A stretch of 61,861 nucleotides of DNA, the filler included, from Sphacelaria rigidula (taxonomy: Eukaryota): assembly GCA_964200075.2 (NCBI GenBank). It is 10 parts of 10 records of this genome, joined end to end, with 100 filler letters (N's around TTAATTAATTAA, not from the genome) between each part and the next. Parts side by side here need not be neighbours in the genome. Positions count along the whole stretch, not along the records: positions 1 to 6,097 come from CAXNAA020022248.1; positions 6,198 to 12,294 come from CAXNAA020022249.1; positions 12,395 to 18,490 come from CAXNAA020022250.1; 7 more parts are not named here. One strand, given 5' to 3'. This document shows, one piece after another, positions 1 to 12,450 of this stretch. Positions within the stretch are counted from its first letter, which is position 1; every line of letters begins with the position of its first letter. The notes below the pieces were generated by a model. That model did not search any database. It had not been told where the DNA came from and saw only the letters and a list, made by a program, of their open reading frames with translations. Both the position numbers and the translations under genes were made by a program.

Positions 1-876
1 AAATCGGACACCGTTAAGGGCTCGTATAAACATAACGGACTTTACTTATGGGACAGAGGAAGTATAGTGTTAAGAACATGCAGAGAAAGAGATTGTGAGC
101 TATAGTTGATGAGGCTGTATGGAAGAAAAGTACGAAAGGGAAGGCTGGAGTAAGGTGGGATAAAGAAATCGACAAAGTATGGAAGGAAATAGGAGGAAAC
201 CAAGACAAAGTATTGCTCATAGATGAAGGCGCGGGGTACAAGACAAGAGTAAGAGACATGCTAAAAATAAGGGGAAAAGGAGCGCTTAGGCGCAGAGTAG
301 ATGACGAAAAACACCTGAAGATATACGGGGGGCTGAGAGAGGGGGTAGGGATAAAAACATATCTGCATGGCCCAACGGACGCTGCGAAAAATATGAAATT
401 GCGATTTCGGGTGGGGGATCTGGACCTGCCAAAAAGAGGGAAGAGATTTACCAGTCGTCGAAAGGAGGAGGAAGTAGATGGACATGACTGCCCCTGTGGC
501 AAAGCAATAGAGAGTCGAAGTCATAAAGTAGAAAACTGTGAACTATATAAGGGCGAACAGTACGTGCCGGAGGGGGAAATGTGGGACGTGAACGAAGGTG
601 GCATGAAGTCGTTTGATGCATTAGACAGAAGGGAGACAACGATGGCTAGACTAGGAGATAGGTGGTGGCCACAGACGGCGAAACAAGATGGGGATAAGAT
701 ATGCAAAGGGTTTTTGTGTAATGTATAGAAACGTAATGTGCGCCGGAATGTTTGGTGGTGTCTCAATTAGGAGTAGGAACGGTGCTCCGTCTCGGAAGGG
801 ATGCCTGGTCAATGATCAAGCGACTAAAGCAAGCAACGAATGAGTACGCCCCCCCCCCCCCCCCCCCCCCCCCCCC
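1..876 (+). mobile_element. Non-LTR retrotransposon (LINE) 3' part: degenerate ORF2 C-terminus with CCHC zinc knuckle, short 3' UTR and poly(C) tract
   Basis: One frame reads ...KNMQRKRL*AIVDEAVWKKSTKGKAGVRWDKEIDKVWKE...LRFRVGDLDLP...CPCGKAIESRSHKVENCELY, i.e. a post-RT region plus the C-x-C...H-x4-C knuckle typical of LINE ORF2. Stop at 728. The UTR ends GAGTACG followed by a C run (848-876). The 3' end recurs many times in the window. Confidence 0.8.
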
Positions 877-1093
877 ACAACAGGGAGTTGATTACCCACA
901 CCCACACACCATTCTTATAGGATCNNNNNNNNNNGGTGCCCCCTCCTGGAAGGGAGGCGCGGGTAATAAACAAGCGACAAAAAAAAAAAAAAAAAGGGTT
1001 CCCCCCCCCCCCCCCCCCCCGATTAGGGCGAGAGATTGTGTGAGCGAATCTCGACACACTCATACTTTCGATGGTAGAATCTACTTCCGTCGT

Positions 1094-2998
1094 TCAAAAC
1101 TTGAGGACGCGAGTATAAATGAAAAAGTTGATGAGAGCGGACGCTGTGAGAGGGTGCCGATACGATCCGCGGTACCAAAATGTACGGTGAGTATCACAGG
1201 AGAGATGGGTGGAGCCTTTGGGTACACGGACTCGTGCCTAGGAAATGGAGAGGTTGAGAGTATCACGACGGAAACGATACCCCGTGAGGAATAAAACTCA
1301 ACATGTTCGAATGTCATTCACATTATCCCCAAATCGATACACCTAGTCGTGTTTTCGTCATAGCCTCGATTTTTGTAGAACGCAACACATGGTGCAGGGT
1401 TGGATAGTAACCGTCTGACGAAAGCATAGCGTATCCAGTCTGGATTTCAAACAAAGTAGTCATCTATGAATAGCACAACTTTCCAAAAAACTTGCGACGG
1501 CCATACGCGCCGGGGTATTCGAGGTGAAATGCTAATGACATCCCACACTATCTGGGTGACTTATATTCGACTAAGTCCACTAGTCAGGCGTGACACGTGC
1601 GACCAGGCACCCGGGGGCGTATTACCATGTACAGCATGTCGCCCTGGCGACGTAAAACCCAAAGACTTTCAGCCGAGTCGTCTTCCCCATTTCCCGGTCC
1701 CCCGTGCTTATGCTCAGCGGCTTGAGTGTCGGTTTGAGGGCCCTCTGTAGACCCAGCGGGACCAGGCGCTGCGCCAAATACCTTCCCCACCGCTCCCACC
1801 ACATCATCGCGCGTCTTGCCATCCTGTCCGTCATGGTTGCCACCTGAGATCGCAGGAACAGACGGCACCTGGAATGTAACTAGCCAGTCTCTCAAAGAGC
1901 CCCTTGCGTTGGCTCGGGCAAACACTCACGAAACATCAACGAGGTTGCGCGTCGTACTTCTGACGCCTCAAGCTATGCCAATACCTCGATCGCGCCACCT
2001 ATAACGCGAGGAAAGGCACCTCAATCACACTACCATACCTGGTCGTGTTTGGCATACCTCGTGCTGTCATCCCTCTTGCGACAGCCCTGGCTGCGGTGAC
2101 CGCTGGAGCGACCTCGCTCGGTATCGAATGCAGTGGAATGAGAAGGTCTCTTAGCCTCCCCCTTCCGGCGGTGGGTCCAGCTGTGGCGGGCGCGGCAATC
2201 CCAGTGGAGACCACCGTTGTTCGCGCTGCTGGCTGCGTGCGTGCTGCGTCGATCATTGTCGACGTGGCGTCATGCGTTTCCGGCAATACTCTCAACCAGT
2301 CCCCGTCCTCGCCCGTTGCCAATATAGGTTTGTTCACGGACAGTTTACCCACCTGCGGAAGTGTGACGTAACATTTGCAGTAGGCAGATGACCGAGCGGA
2401 AGACAGTACGACTGAACCATATTATAGCACTTGGAGAAGTCCCCCAAACGCTACGTATTGGACGGGTACATGTACGAAAATGTGATGCATCAGCATATAA
2501 CACAGTGGGACAAGTCTCACGAAAAAATTCCGACTGCGGGAGCGAGAGGGTAAAAAGGTTCTGCATTTATTTTCCATAGCTGTACAGTCAGTAATACGTG
2601 AATCCAAGGGGCCCGTGAAACGTCCTCTACCCCTCTTTAGTTGCGCGTGCCCCAGTCAAGTTCTTACAAGAATCAATACAAAAATGCGAGATGGTCATTT
2701 CGGAGCACCTCAGCGGAATTACTCCGAGGCTCCTTCCGAAGCGAAACCTCTTCAGCATCTCGCGCGTTCACCACAAATATTCGAGGCCAGCTGTTGTTGA
2801 TCACGGCGGACCCGTAAGGCGACCTCTCTGGCTCGCCTCGCCGGATGCCGACCCCCATGACTTTCTGAAGTCTGGGAGGCGTTCTTGGAGGAGATACTTG
2901 CGCTTCACCCCAAACTGCGGGAAGGTCAATGTCCGTAATGTTAGACACAGTCCGGTTCGGGAGTCTCGGTTCGACCTTGAATTTTTCCAGCCCAACTG
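1094..2998 (-). CDS. 3' part of a multi-exon gene encoding an SH3b-like domain protein; exons 2998-2709, 2352-2058, 1843-1626, 1237-1094
   Basis: GT-AG junctions with matching phases (0,1,0) and a terminal TGA at 1096-1094. The splice gives IFVVNARDAEEVSLRKEPRSNSAE|VGKLSVNKPILATGEDGDWLRV, resembling the SH3_3 pattern (V..LNVR..PS..S.VVG.L..G..V...GE.GDW..V), and later SLWVLRRQGDMLYM. The last exon is the least certain. Confidence 0.55.
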
Positions 2999-3882
2999 CT
3001 GAAGGCTGGGACGAAATTGGCAACGACAAAGAGGAGCGGTTGACACGGAGACAGTAAGACGGGGAAATATTTGACATTTTTTTTCAACACAGACTCCAGA
3101 ACAATCAATGTAATGTGATGCGCTTTAGCTGGCTGGGACAGCGAAAATTCAAGCATAGAGCATAGATTTTTGCTATAACATATTCTTGTGTACCTCCTAG
3201 AAGGCAGTCATCGCCCGTGGAAACATTCCGTCATTCTGTATAAAAACGTTTCGTCAAGCCAGCCATCTCTACGGCAGAGTACCGCACATTGCACTGAACG
3301 AGGGAGCGGCGTTTGGCTCAGGGCTCCTCGAAAGCACCGTTTTTCCGCCGGGACAACTGTGGACACAGCTTACTCTTCATAACTGTTGTAATTGAGAGGC
3401 ACCTGGGTTGCAGTACCGCGTTGTGTATTTGGAACGTCACTGATTCCTTCCGGCGAGAAAAAAATAACTACAGCGAAAACGTCAAGCTGCTGAAACAGGC
3501 TTTCCCGCTTTGGGTGGAATACCTGAATTTGTGTGTAGCCCAGATGCCACCACCATCAAGTTGTGTGGCCATCGAAAAAAGAGGCGACATGGTGTAGATT
3601 GACATGTGGGGAAGAAGAAAGCCTTGCTGGAACATTTTGACAGCAACCGCAGACCATGCGAAATTGCAACTAGAAACGCTATCATTTTGGTGGGGTCAGC
3701 CCTTCTTTTCTACTTGAGAATACACAAGAAAACATGAGCCGCACCCAAATACTGTCTGTAAAGCTGGCATTGACAACTCAACAACCACCACGCCACTCTG
3801 GCCTTGCTGATCAGAGGACCAGGTCACACGTGAATCAGGTGGGGTTCGGGGCCTTGCGTGTTCATCGTATCTACCAAACCCT

Positions 3883-4035
3883 TCAGCTACTGTTAATAGA
3901 ACCACCTTTTCGAAACCTTCCAGAGAACACTCGGAAACCATCCGTAAAATATCCAGCAGCTACTGTTCTGGAACGTCCTTCCGGGAACCTTCCAGAGAAC
4001 ACCCAGAAACTACCCGCATAGTATCCAACAACTAC
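3883..4035. repeat. Two-copy ~73-bp tandem repeat
   Basis: cagctactgtt...aaccttccagagaacac...tatcca occurs at about 3884 and 3957. Confidence 0.7.
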
Positions 4036-5627
4036 AGGTAGATCTAGTGACGTCTCTACAACAGATGTGAAGCCCAACGGTTGCTCTCGGTACGTCCCGT
4101 TACATACTTGTATATGATGCCGCAGTGTAAGCTTAGTCGGCAATTATCTTTCGCAGCTCATGTACTGTGTAGAGCATCTTACTCATACAAATTCCTCACA
4201 TCTCAAGGGATATAATGCCCTTCGATTCTCTTCGTGACCGAAACAGACTTTCTTGCCAGTAACCTGCGTTGAAGCTAAGCAAAGCGGCACCCCTTCAGCC
4301 CTGACAGTTCGTGCTCTCCAATTCGGATCTGGCCACGGATCACGTGATTTTTCCATGCCGATTGCACATAACACCTCAGATGTCGGTTGAATTGTCAGTC
4401 TGGGACATGAGTACTCCCCTCTCCGAGTCTTGTGATGTCAATAAGCTTGCACGGTGTACGGTGGCTCATCAAAGACATCAAAGATGAGCACCCGGTCTCC
4501 GCACTTTACACATCATTGTTTGCATTTGCCCAAACAATGGTACACAATTAGACCCGGGAATACAAACGCCTGAAAGATTTGTCTAATGTTTTCGTTATTT
4601 TATCCGCACTGCAACATAGGTGGGCAAGCTCTCACATGACAACTTTCACTCTCCGAACCCGACTAGGACACGTGTAGTCCGCTCGGTCATGCGCACACAG
4701 CTCGATATCTACACAAGGTCCCGAACCGGAACATAATTATCCCAAACCGCACGAGTGTGATGACTATGCCCGAAGCATGATCAGGAATCGATAGGTCAGC
4801 AATTTTTTATTCCACAACCATATACCTTGCACCGAAAGCAGGTGCTCTACTTAGCACCCGGTTCACCGCATCCATCACGAGTGGTGAGGAAGTGCACATG
4901 ATCGGCGCTGTCGAAGCAAACTAGACGTGGCCATCTCTGAATCGGTCCAGGTACATGGACACACACGTGAATAAGACACGTGTAATGCCGGTCATGTGAA
5001 AATCCTCATCAACGATTTCGAACCAGTCATGATGGGTCGAGCCAAACTCGTCGTCCATTTGTGAGAACTGGTTGCATGACTCCGTCAGCTCGTACCCCAT
5101 TTGGGGAAATTAGTTGCGCCACTCGAGTCAGTCTATTTTTATTTTTCTGAGTGAATCCTTTCCCCCCCCGTCAAATTTCCAACCCCTCCCGTTCGCCGGG
5201 ACCGGTCCGTGGTCTCAGGAGACCAACTCATTTCTCCCCCGGTACACGCGGAATATTTTGGTATCGTGGATTGGATGAGCACCGTCGCACCGCCTTGGCT
5301 CTCGCCAAAAAAAGCTTTTTTCCTACTCATGTCCTCACGTTTGCAAAGACGGAAATCAGATCCTTCATATTCTTAGAAAAGGCACAAATCCATCTGCCAA
5401 AATCAGAATCCTCAATCATCCGTCCGCCCCACTTGGTTTCAGTTGTACAGAAGCACTTACACCATCGGGGCGCGGCGATATAGAAGGGCTCATCACCGCT
5501 CACGACTCGTTCGCCATACGGTTTTTCTCGACATAATACAGATCTGCCTCACAGTTCAGCTGTGGCTGATGAGAAGATTAACGTCACGAAATCTCGACTA
5601 TGGCAAGACTTGCATAATAAGCAACAG

Positions 5628-5668
5628 CATGTCAACATGTCAACATGTCAACATGTCAACATGTCAAC
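5628..5668. repeat. (CATGTCAA)5 microsatellite
   Basis: Directly visible. Confidence 0.9.
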
Positions 5669-5896
5669 GCCTATCGTCAAAACAAAAACGGCACAGGACA
5701 ACGTCGAATAGCATCAGCGGGTAGCTACACGATCCAGTCGGCCGGAGTTTTTCACTCTCCGTACACAAGAGGTAGCTGTCAGCACCGCATCGGATCTGTA
5801 GTCCGTGCCAAGCACCCACTCATCAACCACACACTGCTGAGCCACAACTATGTATCATTACTTTCGCCACCGTAGCGGGTTCTGTGACGTATCACT

Positions 5897-6023
5897 GGTC
5901 GCCCCGGTGGCTCAATTGGTAACCTCAAAATTTTCTGACGGTTGGGTCGTAGGTTCAATTCTCGGAGCGATTTTTTTTTCTCACACCATGCCCAACAGTG
6001 GAGAGCGACTATGTTGTGGGTAC
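5897..6023 (+). mobile_element. tRNA-derived SINE, 5' part
   Basis: ggtcgccccggtggctcaattggtaacc (box A) ... ggttcaattc (box B), followed by the body aacagtggagagcgactatg shared with the copy at 30215-30620. Confidence 0.75.
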
Positions 6024-6097
6024 TGTGACGGTTTAAGAGACAACCAACTAGACTACTGACCAGTCAGCGCTGACTTGTCAGTAGTCTAGTTTGTTGT

Positions 6098-6197
6098 NNN
6101 NNNNNNNNNNNNNNNNNNNNNNNNNNNNNNNNNNNNNNNNNTTAATTAATTAANNNNNNNNNNNNNNNNNNNNNNNNNNNNNNNNNNNNNNNNNNNN
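6098..6197. other. Artificial contig linker (N-TTAATTAATTAA-N); also at 12295-12394, 18491-18590, 24687-24786, 30883-30982, 37079-37178, 43275-43374, 49471-49570, 55667-55766
   Basis: Identical 100-nt spacers with stops in all frames. The segments between them are 6097, 6097, 6096 (x7) and 6095 bp, i.e. size-sorted unplaced contigs. Confidence 0.97.
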
Positions 6198-7137
6198 CAT
6201 GATCATGAGTACACCCCCCCCCTCCCCTCTTCCTCAAGGGTTAGCGTCAGTTGGCAACAGTGCTGTAAAACGTGCCACTCGCTGCCTAAGCTAGGCAACC
6301 AGGCTACCACATTTTTTCTCGCTCACGTTTTTCGCGCGGTAACTATAGTGGTGGTCGAGTTAGATCACATTGTGAGGGGTGAGAGATTCTCACCCCCGCA
6401 CAGCGGGGATGATCGTCCTACGCAGCGTTTAAATGGGGAGATATCCATAAGGCAGCGTGGTCCATGGCTTTTTCTGGAATTATTGACGATACCAGAAAAT
6501 GAAGTGACTCATACGAGGCTGTCATCCATACGGAAGACAACCAGTAGGCTTCAGGCCGAACAATCCCAGCAGGATGAAGCTCAACCTCCATGCGAATCGC
6601 CGATTACATCCCGGCACTTCGCGCTTGGTGATTGATTGCGAGCCTAGCCCGGCGAGAACCCGGCATGCCCCCTTCCGGCTTTGTAGGGACGCGAGATCAA
6701 TAGTCATATGTCTACGGCATACAAGATCATGAGTCCCCCTCACTGCCCTCCGTCGGGAATTTCACGTTTGTGCCTTTGCCTTGTTGTTGTGTCGCTTTTC
6801 CTCGAAAGATACTGCTGACTCGCGACCAAAAGCTGTGTTGGCTCGAAAAACTCTCGACGACAGGCATTCCGTGGTTTGCGTAGACCCTACTGGAATAGGG
6901 GGTCACCACGTTAGAAAGAGTTGATCCCCACTTCTCCTCAACAACACCCTCCTCCGCAAGAAGATCCGTATTTGTCACCCCCATCTTGACCCCCATCCCC
7001 CTATTCGTGGTTTGAACGCGTTTTCTCGACCGATCATATCGCCCAGAAAATTACGGAAGGACTCTAAAAAATGTGAACGAAAATTTGCATGTCAACGAAA
7101 GTTTTGCGGTGGCGTTTGAAGCAACACGCATTTCCAC

Positions 7138-7291
7138 CTTAACTCGACTTTAATCATTCTCCCATAACTGAGTGATACCTATCATTTCCATCGGATGAGT
7201 TACACGGTACAACTCAGAGGTATATTGTCCCACTGGATGGGTTATACGAAGTACAACATAACTGACTCAACTGACGAGCTTTCCGACGTGT
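7138..7291. mobile_element. Short degenerate copy of the CACGT-ended non-autonomous DNA transposon
   Basis: Contains cataactgag/gagttac...aactcag units and ends in ccgacgtg, the reverse complement of the CACGTCGG end seen at 46566 and 53230. Confidence 0.45.
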
Positions 7292-9239
7292 GGGATCGGG
7301 GGAAACAGTATCCTTCGAAGGCACCTCCGAGAAAAGCGCCCCCCCTCCTGAAAGGCGCCTTTCAGGGATACTATTCCCCATAAATCCGATCACCACTCAA
7401 AGGTGCCTCCGGGAGATACCGTTTCGCACACTTCCGAGTTATGTTGGGGCTTGTTGCCCGATGTAGTGGGGACGCTCTTCCCGAAGCAGTTGAGGCTTCT
7501 ATACTGTGATAAATAGTAAGGATATCGCAGGGTCAGAGCCGTGCAAGAGAAATGGGAGCGTTTTCTGTTTTCTCCTCCCATGCTTCAGGGAGAGTTGCGT
7601 CACTATGGCCTTCGGTACAGCTATCACAGGCGTTGGTTTGAGTCGACGTGTCCCATCGGACGGAATGCCAACATTCAACGAAATGCCGAAACGATGTCAA
7701 AACATTGCTTACTATCACGTGAAAAGCTAACTCCAGTTAATTTGCTAACATCGGGTACACTACCAGCTATCAGACAACGCGGTAGTGTCAGATATTTGCT
7801 AAAATAAAAAAGAACCTGCGGCGGGACGCTATTGAGCGGTCAAAACTTTTTTTTCCCCAGTACGAACGCTATTACAAAAGTATTTCCGACGTATCGGGCA
7901 GGAGTGGGGGGTCCACATCAATCGGATGAGAGTGCCAAGCATCGTTTCCCCCAACTGTTGTAAAACCGACGAGGCACTGCGTGCTCATTAAGATGGCAAC
8001 TACGTTAGGGTAGTTTCGGGCGGTAGATCGAGTGGTATATTTAGCTTTCATTTCGTATCTTTGTTATGACTGAGTCTATTGATAATATGATGGACGAGCG
8101 TCAAACGGATCTAACCAGGGCTTACACAAGGAAGAAAGTCGAGACCATTTACAACTGCACACATAATAAGGCGAATGTCAGCAGCATAAACCATAATATT
8201 TCACATCAGGCAGCCAAAAGGTTAGCAAACCCCAGAATGAGAAAAAAGAGTGTTCATCGATCAATATCCTACCCTTGGATAATTAACCCCCCGAGAACCG
8301 GCGCTATCTCAAAAATCCCTATAGCTGTCCGACGGTAGGCTGCGAGGGTCTTCGTGTCGAAAATGATGAAAAATCCGGGGGGAAATACTACAGTATCGTA
8401 GTTTTGCATATTTGGCAGTACTCCATCCGCTCAAGTCCAGGCAAATTTGTGCATGTATCATTTTCTCATAATTTTTCTCCTTCGCACGTCTAACCCCATC
8501 CCCTCCCTCCGCGGGACAAATTCGTGGTCTCAAGGGATCAACCCCGTCTCTCCCCCAGCACACGGCACTATGATATGTAAGGGTCATAACCTGGCAAGCA
8601 CTCCAAGAAATCCCGACTCTTGCCAACCCCCTCGGGAAACCGGCTTGCATTATTTGATGACTGATGCCACTGCTTCGCGCGTTTTTCGACGCATGGGTAT
8701 GAGGATCGTCGGATCCTGTCAGAGTAACAAGGCGAGTATGTCGTCGCTACTCCCCGCGCGTCTCGGGCCATTTTCAGGCGGCAACCTACGTGGAGGATGG
8801 TGACAAGGCGCACTTGCTGAGGGCAGAGGAACACGTTGCGAGAACAAAATTCGACGAGCTAGACAAGGACGGTGAGGGAGCGATTGACACCACGGAGGTG
8901 AAAGCAAATCGCGCGCACTCTCACCTGCCCCGAAAGAAGATACGCAAGGCTTATTAATTTGCACGTGCAGGTACAAAATCTCGTATAATCATCTCGGAAT
9001 CGGGGGAAAAGTCTCCGCGTGGCTGTCCTTGACCCGGACGGCAATAGTGAACAACTTGAGCATGACCATCTGTGTGCGGGGCAGAAGTCTCCACATGGCC
9101 ATCCTTGAACCGGTCGGCGAAGGTAAAGCTTGACTATGACCATCTTTTTAACCGGTTCAGAAACAAGGACGTGTGCCAAAGAAGCGTGTAACGCTGGTCA
9201 TGCAAAACGTACTGCAAATGAGCACCTGAATGGTGAATA

Positions 9240-9425
9240 GAGAGGAGTCAGGGAATTACGCCGGACAGTATCCTGTGTAGGGAAATATATTTTGTGGAAG
9301 AAGCGTAATTAGCACCGGAATGTTGGAGATGTCTGTTAGGAGTAGGAACGGTGCTCCGTCTCGAAAGGGATGCGTGATCAATGGTCGAACGACTAAGGCA
9401 AGCAACAAATGAGTACGCCCCCCCC
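9240..9425 (+). mobile_element. 5'-truncated copy of the poly(C)-associated LINE
   Basis: ggaatgttggagatgtctgttaggagtaggaacggtgctccgtctcgaaagggatgcg...gcaagcaacaaatgagtacg followed by a C run; matches 745-850. Confidence 0.85.
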
Positions 9426-9923
9426 ATGATGTGTGCTTGTATCGGATTTGAGGTGGGGTGTCGGAAACGATCTCTTTTATTCTTGTATGTAACTTGTGTA
9501 ACGGGGATTTTTTTTGTAATGATGACGTTTTTTTCTTTTTTTTTCACGGAAACGAACGAAAATCGAAGTTGTATATAAGTAATAATGCAATTATTGTACT
9601 ACCAGGTCAAACCCACCTGTCAACGGTCCGAATGTGAGGTTTACGGGGTACCTGTTGCAATGTTACTTATACATGTAATTTCGACCTCAGTTCTTTCGTA
9701 TGGAAAAATCTCGTTCCCATTTTTCAGGATCTCATATACGTTAATTGCATAGGATCGAGAGTTTGGGTCTCGGAAATTGTTCCTCATAGATTCATTCCAA
9801 TTGTCTGTGCCGTCATTTGCAACTATCGGTGACTGGTGCTACGATAACGGGTGGGTTGGAGGGGGGGGGTCATATTCCACGAAAAACTGGGGCTCACAGG
9901 TGTGTCGCACGGCCTAAGAGCAA

Positions 9924-10637
9924 TGCCACGGTAGGGGTGCACTTTTTGCGCGAAATCCTGTCTGGTTCAGGGGCTCCTAACGGTTCTAGATGCACAAGAA
10001 TAACACTATATTCGTGAGATTTAGAGTGTAACATCGGATTCAGAGTGAGACGCGAAACAATTGACTTTCCCGTCGATTTTGACATCGCCACAGTTCGAGG
10101 AGTAATGCACCCAGCTGGTGAAGCGGTGGCTTCAGTGAAAGCTGTCACCTACACGATCAATTTGACCCATAACTGGATCGCAACGACGTAGTCAGTCCAT
10201 TGCAACAAAAAATCCCCTCTTTCAGGAAAAACCGATAAGAGCCTGAAACAGTTTCAGTTCCGAAATGCCCCCCCAGGCGTAAAAATGCTTTTTTGCGGTA
10301 TCTCACCAACCAGACCGCCAAATTCCTCGAATGGGGTACTGTACGGTAGCTGCATACACAGGACGTGTGCTCTAGCAAAAAAAAGCAAGAATTGCCTGTA
10401 AGGAACGCTAGACCATCCACTCTGAATCCGATATTACGCTCTGAATCTCACGAATATGGTGTTGAATATAGGTCGGGACATCCCCATTCGCAAATTCATT
10501 CGGTATATCTCCAGCACATTGAAATAGTAATCCGGGTGTACTCACACATAATATTTTCATGAGTCGTCTTTTTGATGAGATAAAGGGCTCCTCACAATCC
10601 TAACCTCAGAAAATATTTGTGTACCCCTACCGTAGCA
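9924..10637. mobile_element. MITE with TIR TGCTACGGTAGGGGT; further end fragments near 11150, 11896, 26046 and 40125
   Basis: tgccacggtaggggtgcac at 9924 pairs with gtacccctaccgtagca at 10621-10637. There is an internal inverted pair at about 10009-10047 and 10418-10456. Confidence 0.7.
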
Positions 10638-11327
10638 CCACCCCTAACTGCTCGCGGTGCGTTCATGTATTTGCGTGGAAACAGTGTCAAGCGGTATGAA
10701 TGAGTGTCTTATTGTCAACAAACGTCCATGAACAAACGTGGCTGCTTTTTAATTTAGCAACGATTTGAGGTGGAATTTCGTGGAAAAGAAATGACCCTAA
10801 ATCCCCCCCCCTTCCCCCTGTCGTAGTTTTCGCTCCGATGTTTGTCGAATGAGTCTCAATTGTGATGGATTTTGGACTTGACCCCCGGACTGCCAGCGTG
10901 GGCAATATGTTGAATCGGCGTCATTTTTACCTGAACAATGGATCAAGACCCAGAAGAGGTCGGTCAATGGGGAACGCCGCCGAACATCATTATTTCCTCT
11001 TTGCAAGAAAAAGAAGCTGGAGTGACAAGATCTCTGTGTTTCACCGATCGGTCCCATGTGCCCTCCCGGTCATTTGACGCCCCAGGTTTATTGAACGAGT
11101 ACCAGCGATATATACATATATATATATATATATATACATATATTGAGCAATGCTACGGTTGGGGTGCACTTTTTGCGCAAAATCCTGTCTGCTTCAGGGG
11201 CTTCTCACGATTCTAGGTGCACAAGATTATGGGTCATTATGGAGGAGTGTACTTCAATTCATCTCTCCTCCATGCAGTCATTTTGTTGTGCCGTTGTTCG
11301 TTTGCATGAGTGTAAAAGTGTGTTGTA

Positions 11328-11890
11328 GGGCGTGTCTTAAGGCGTTTCTTTGAAATATTTTTTTTGATCGAAAGTGTGCGGTGGGAGAAGGAGAATTGAA
11401 AATTCCGATCCGATAGAGTTTGTGTTTTCAACTGTGGACTGTTGTGATTTCAACCAACTACTACTGTGGTCGTTCATGTTGAAATCACAACCTATATCAG
11501 ATCGGGATTATGCTTTTCAATTGCACTTTTTCGATTATTTTCCAAGTAAGGGCGTGTCCCAGGGCGTGTCTTCGCAAATTATTTTTCAATCGAAATGTCC
11601 GGTGGAAAAGAAAAAATCCGATCTGATAGGTTGTAATTTCAACCATCGTCGTTTATTGTGCCGATAGTTGAAATCACGACCTCAGTCAAAATAATCGTTT
11701 TTTTTCGGTTTCAACCGCACATTTTCGATCGAAAAGTGATGTGCTAAGACACGGCCTTACTTAGCACATTACTTTTCCATCGACAATGTGCGGGGGAAGA
11801 AGGAAACTTTCGATTTGATAGGTCGTGATTTCAATTATGGTCGTTCATTTTGAAATCACGACCTATAAAATCGAAATTTTTGTTCTTCAA
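11328..11890. repeat. Tandem array of about three ~200-230-bp foldback (MITE-like) units
   Basis: Units start gggcgtgtctt (11328, 11562), with a third degenerate unit near 11760. Each carries an inverted gtgatttcaa/ttgaaatcac pair. The second unit closes with aagacacggcc. Confidence 0.65.
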
Positions 11891-12394
11891 AGTAATGCTA
11901 CGGTAGGGGTGCACTTTTTGCGCGAAATCCTGTCTGGTTCAGCGGCTTACAACGATTCTAGATGCACAAGATTATGAGTCAGGGCATCCCCGTTTTTGCG
12001 CAATTCACTCAGGATATCCCTAGCACATTGGAATAATAGTAGTCCTGGCGTACTCTCACATATTTCATAAGTCGTGTTTTGGATGAGATAATAAGTGTTG
12101 TGCGGGGTTTGCGTGGTTCGATCTGTGAACAACGTGGCGGGTGATGAAGTAGTACCACAAGATTGCTGGGGTATGCATTTGACAGCAGCAGCGATATGGT
12201 CATGTATATATCGGACTGATTCGGGAAACTCGAGGAGTACTCACTGGAGCATCAGATGCCCTCCAGAGGATTCGTTGATGTCCATTCCAGAGGGNNNNNN
12301 NNNNNNNNNNNNNNNNNNNNNNNNNNNNNNNNNNNNNNTTAATTAATTAANNNNNNNNNNNNNNNNNNNNNNNNNNNNNNNNNNNNNNNNNNNN

Positions 12395-12450
<56 letters not shown>

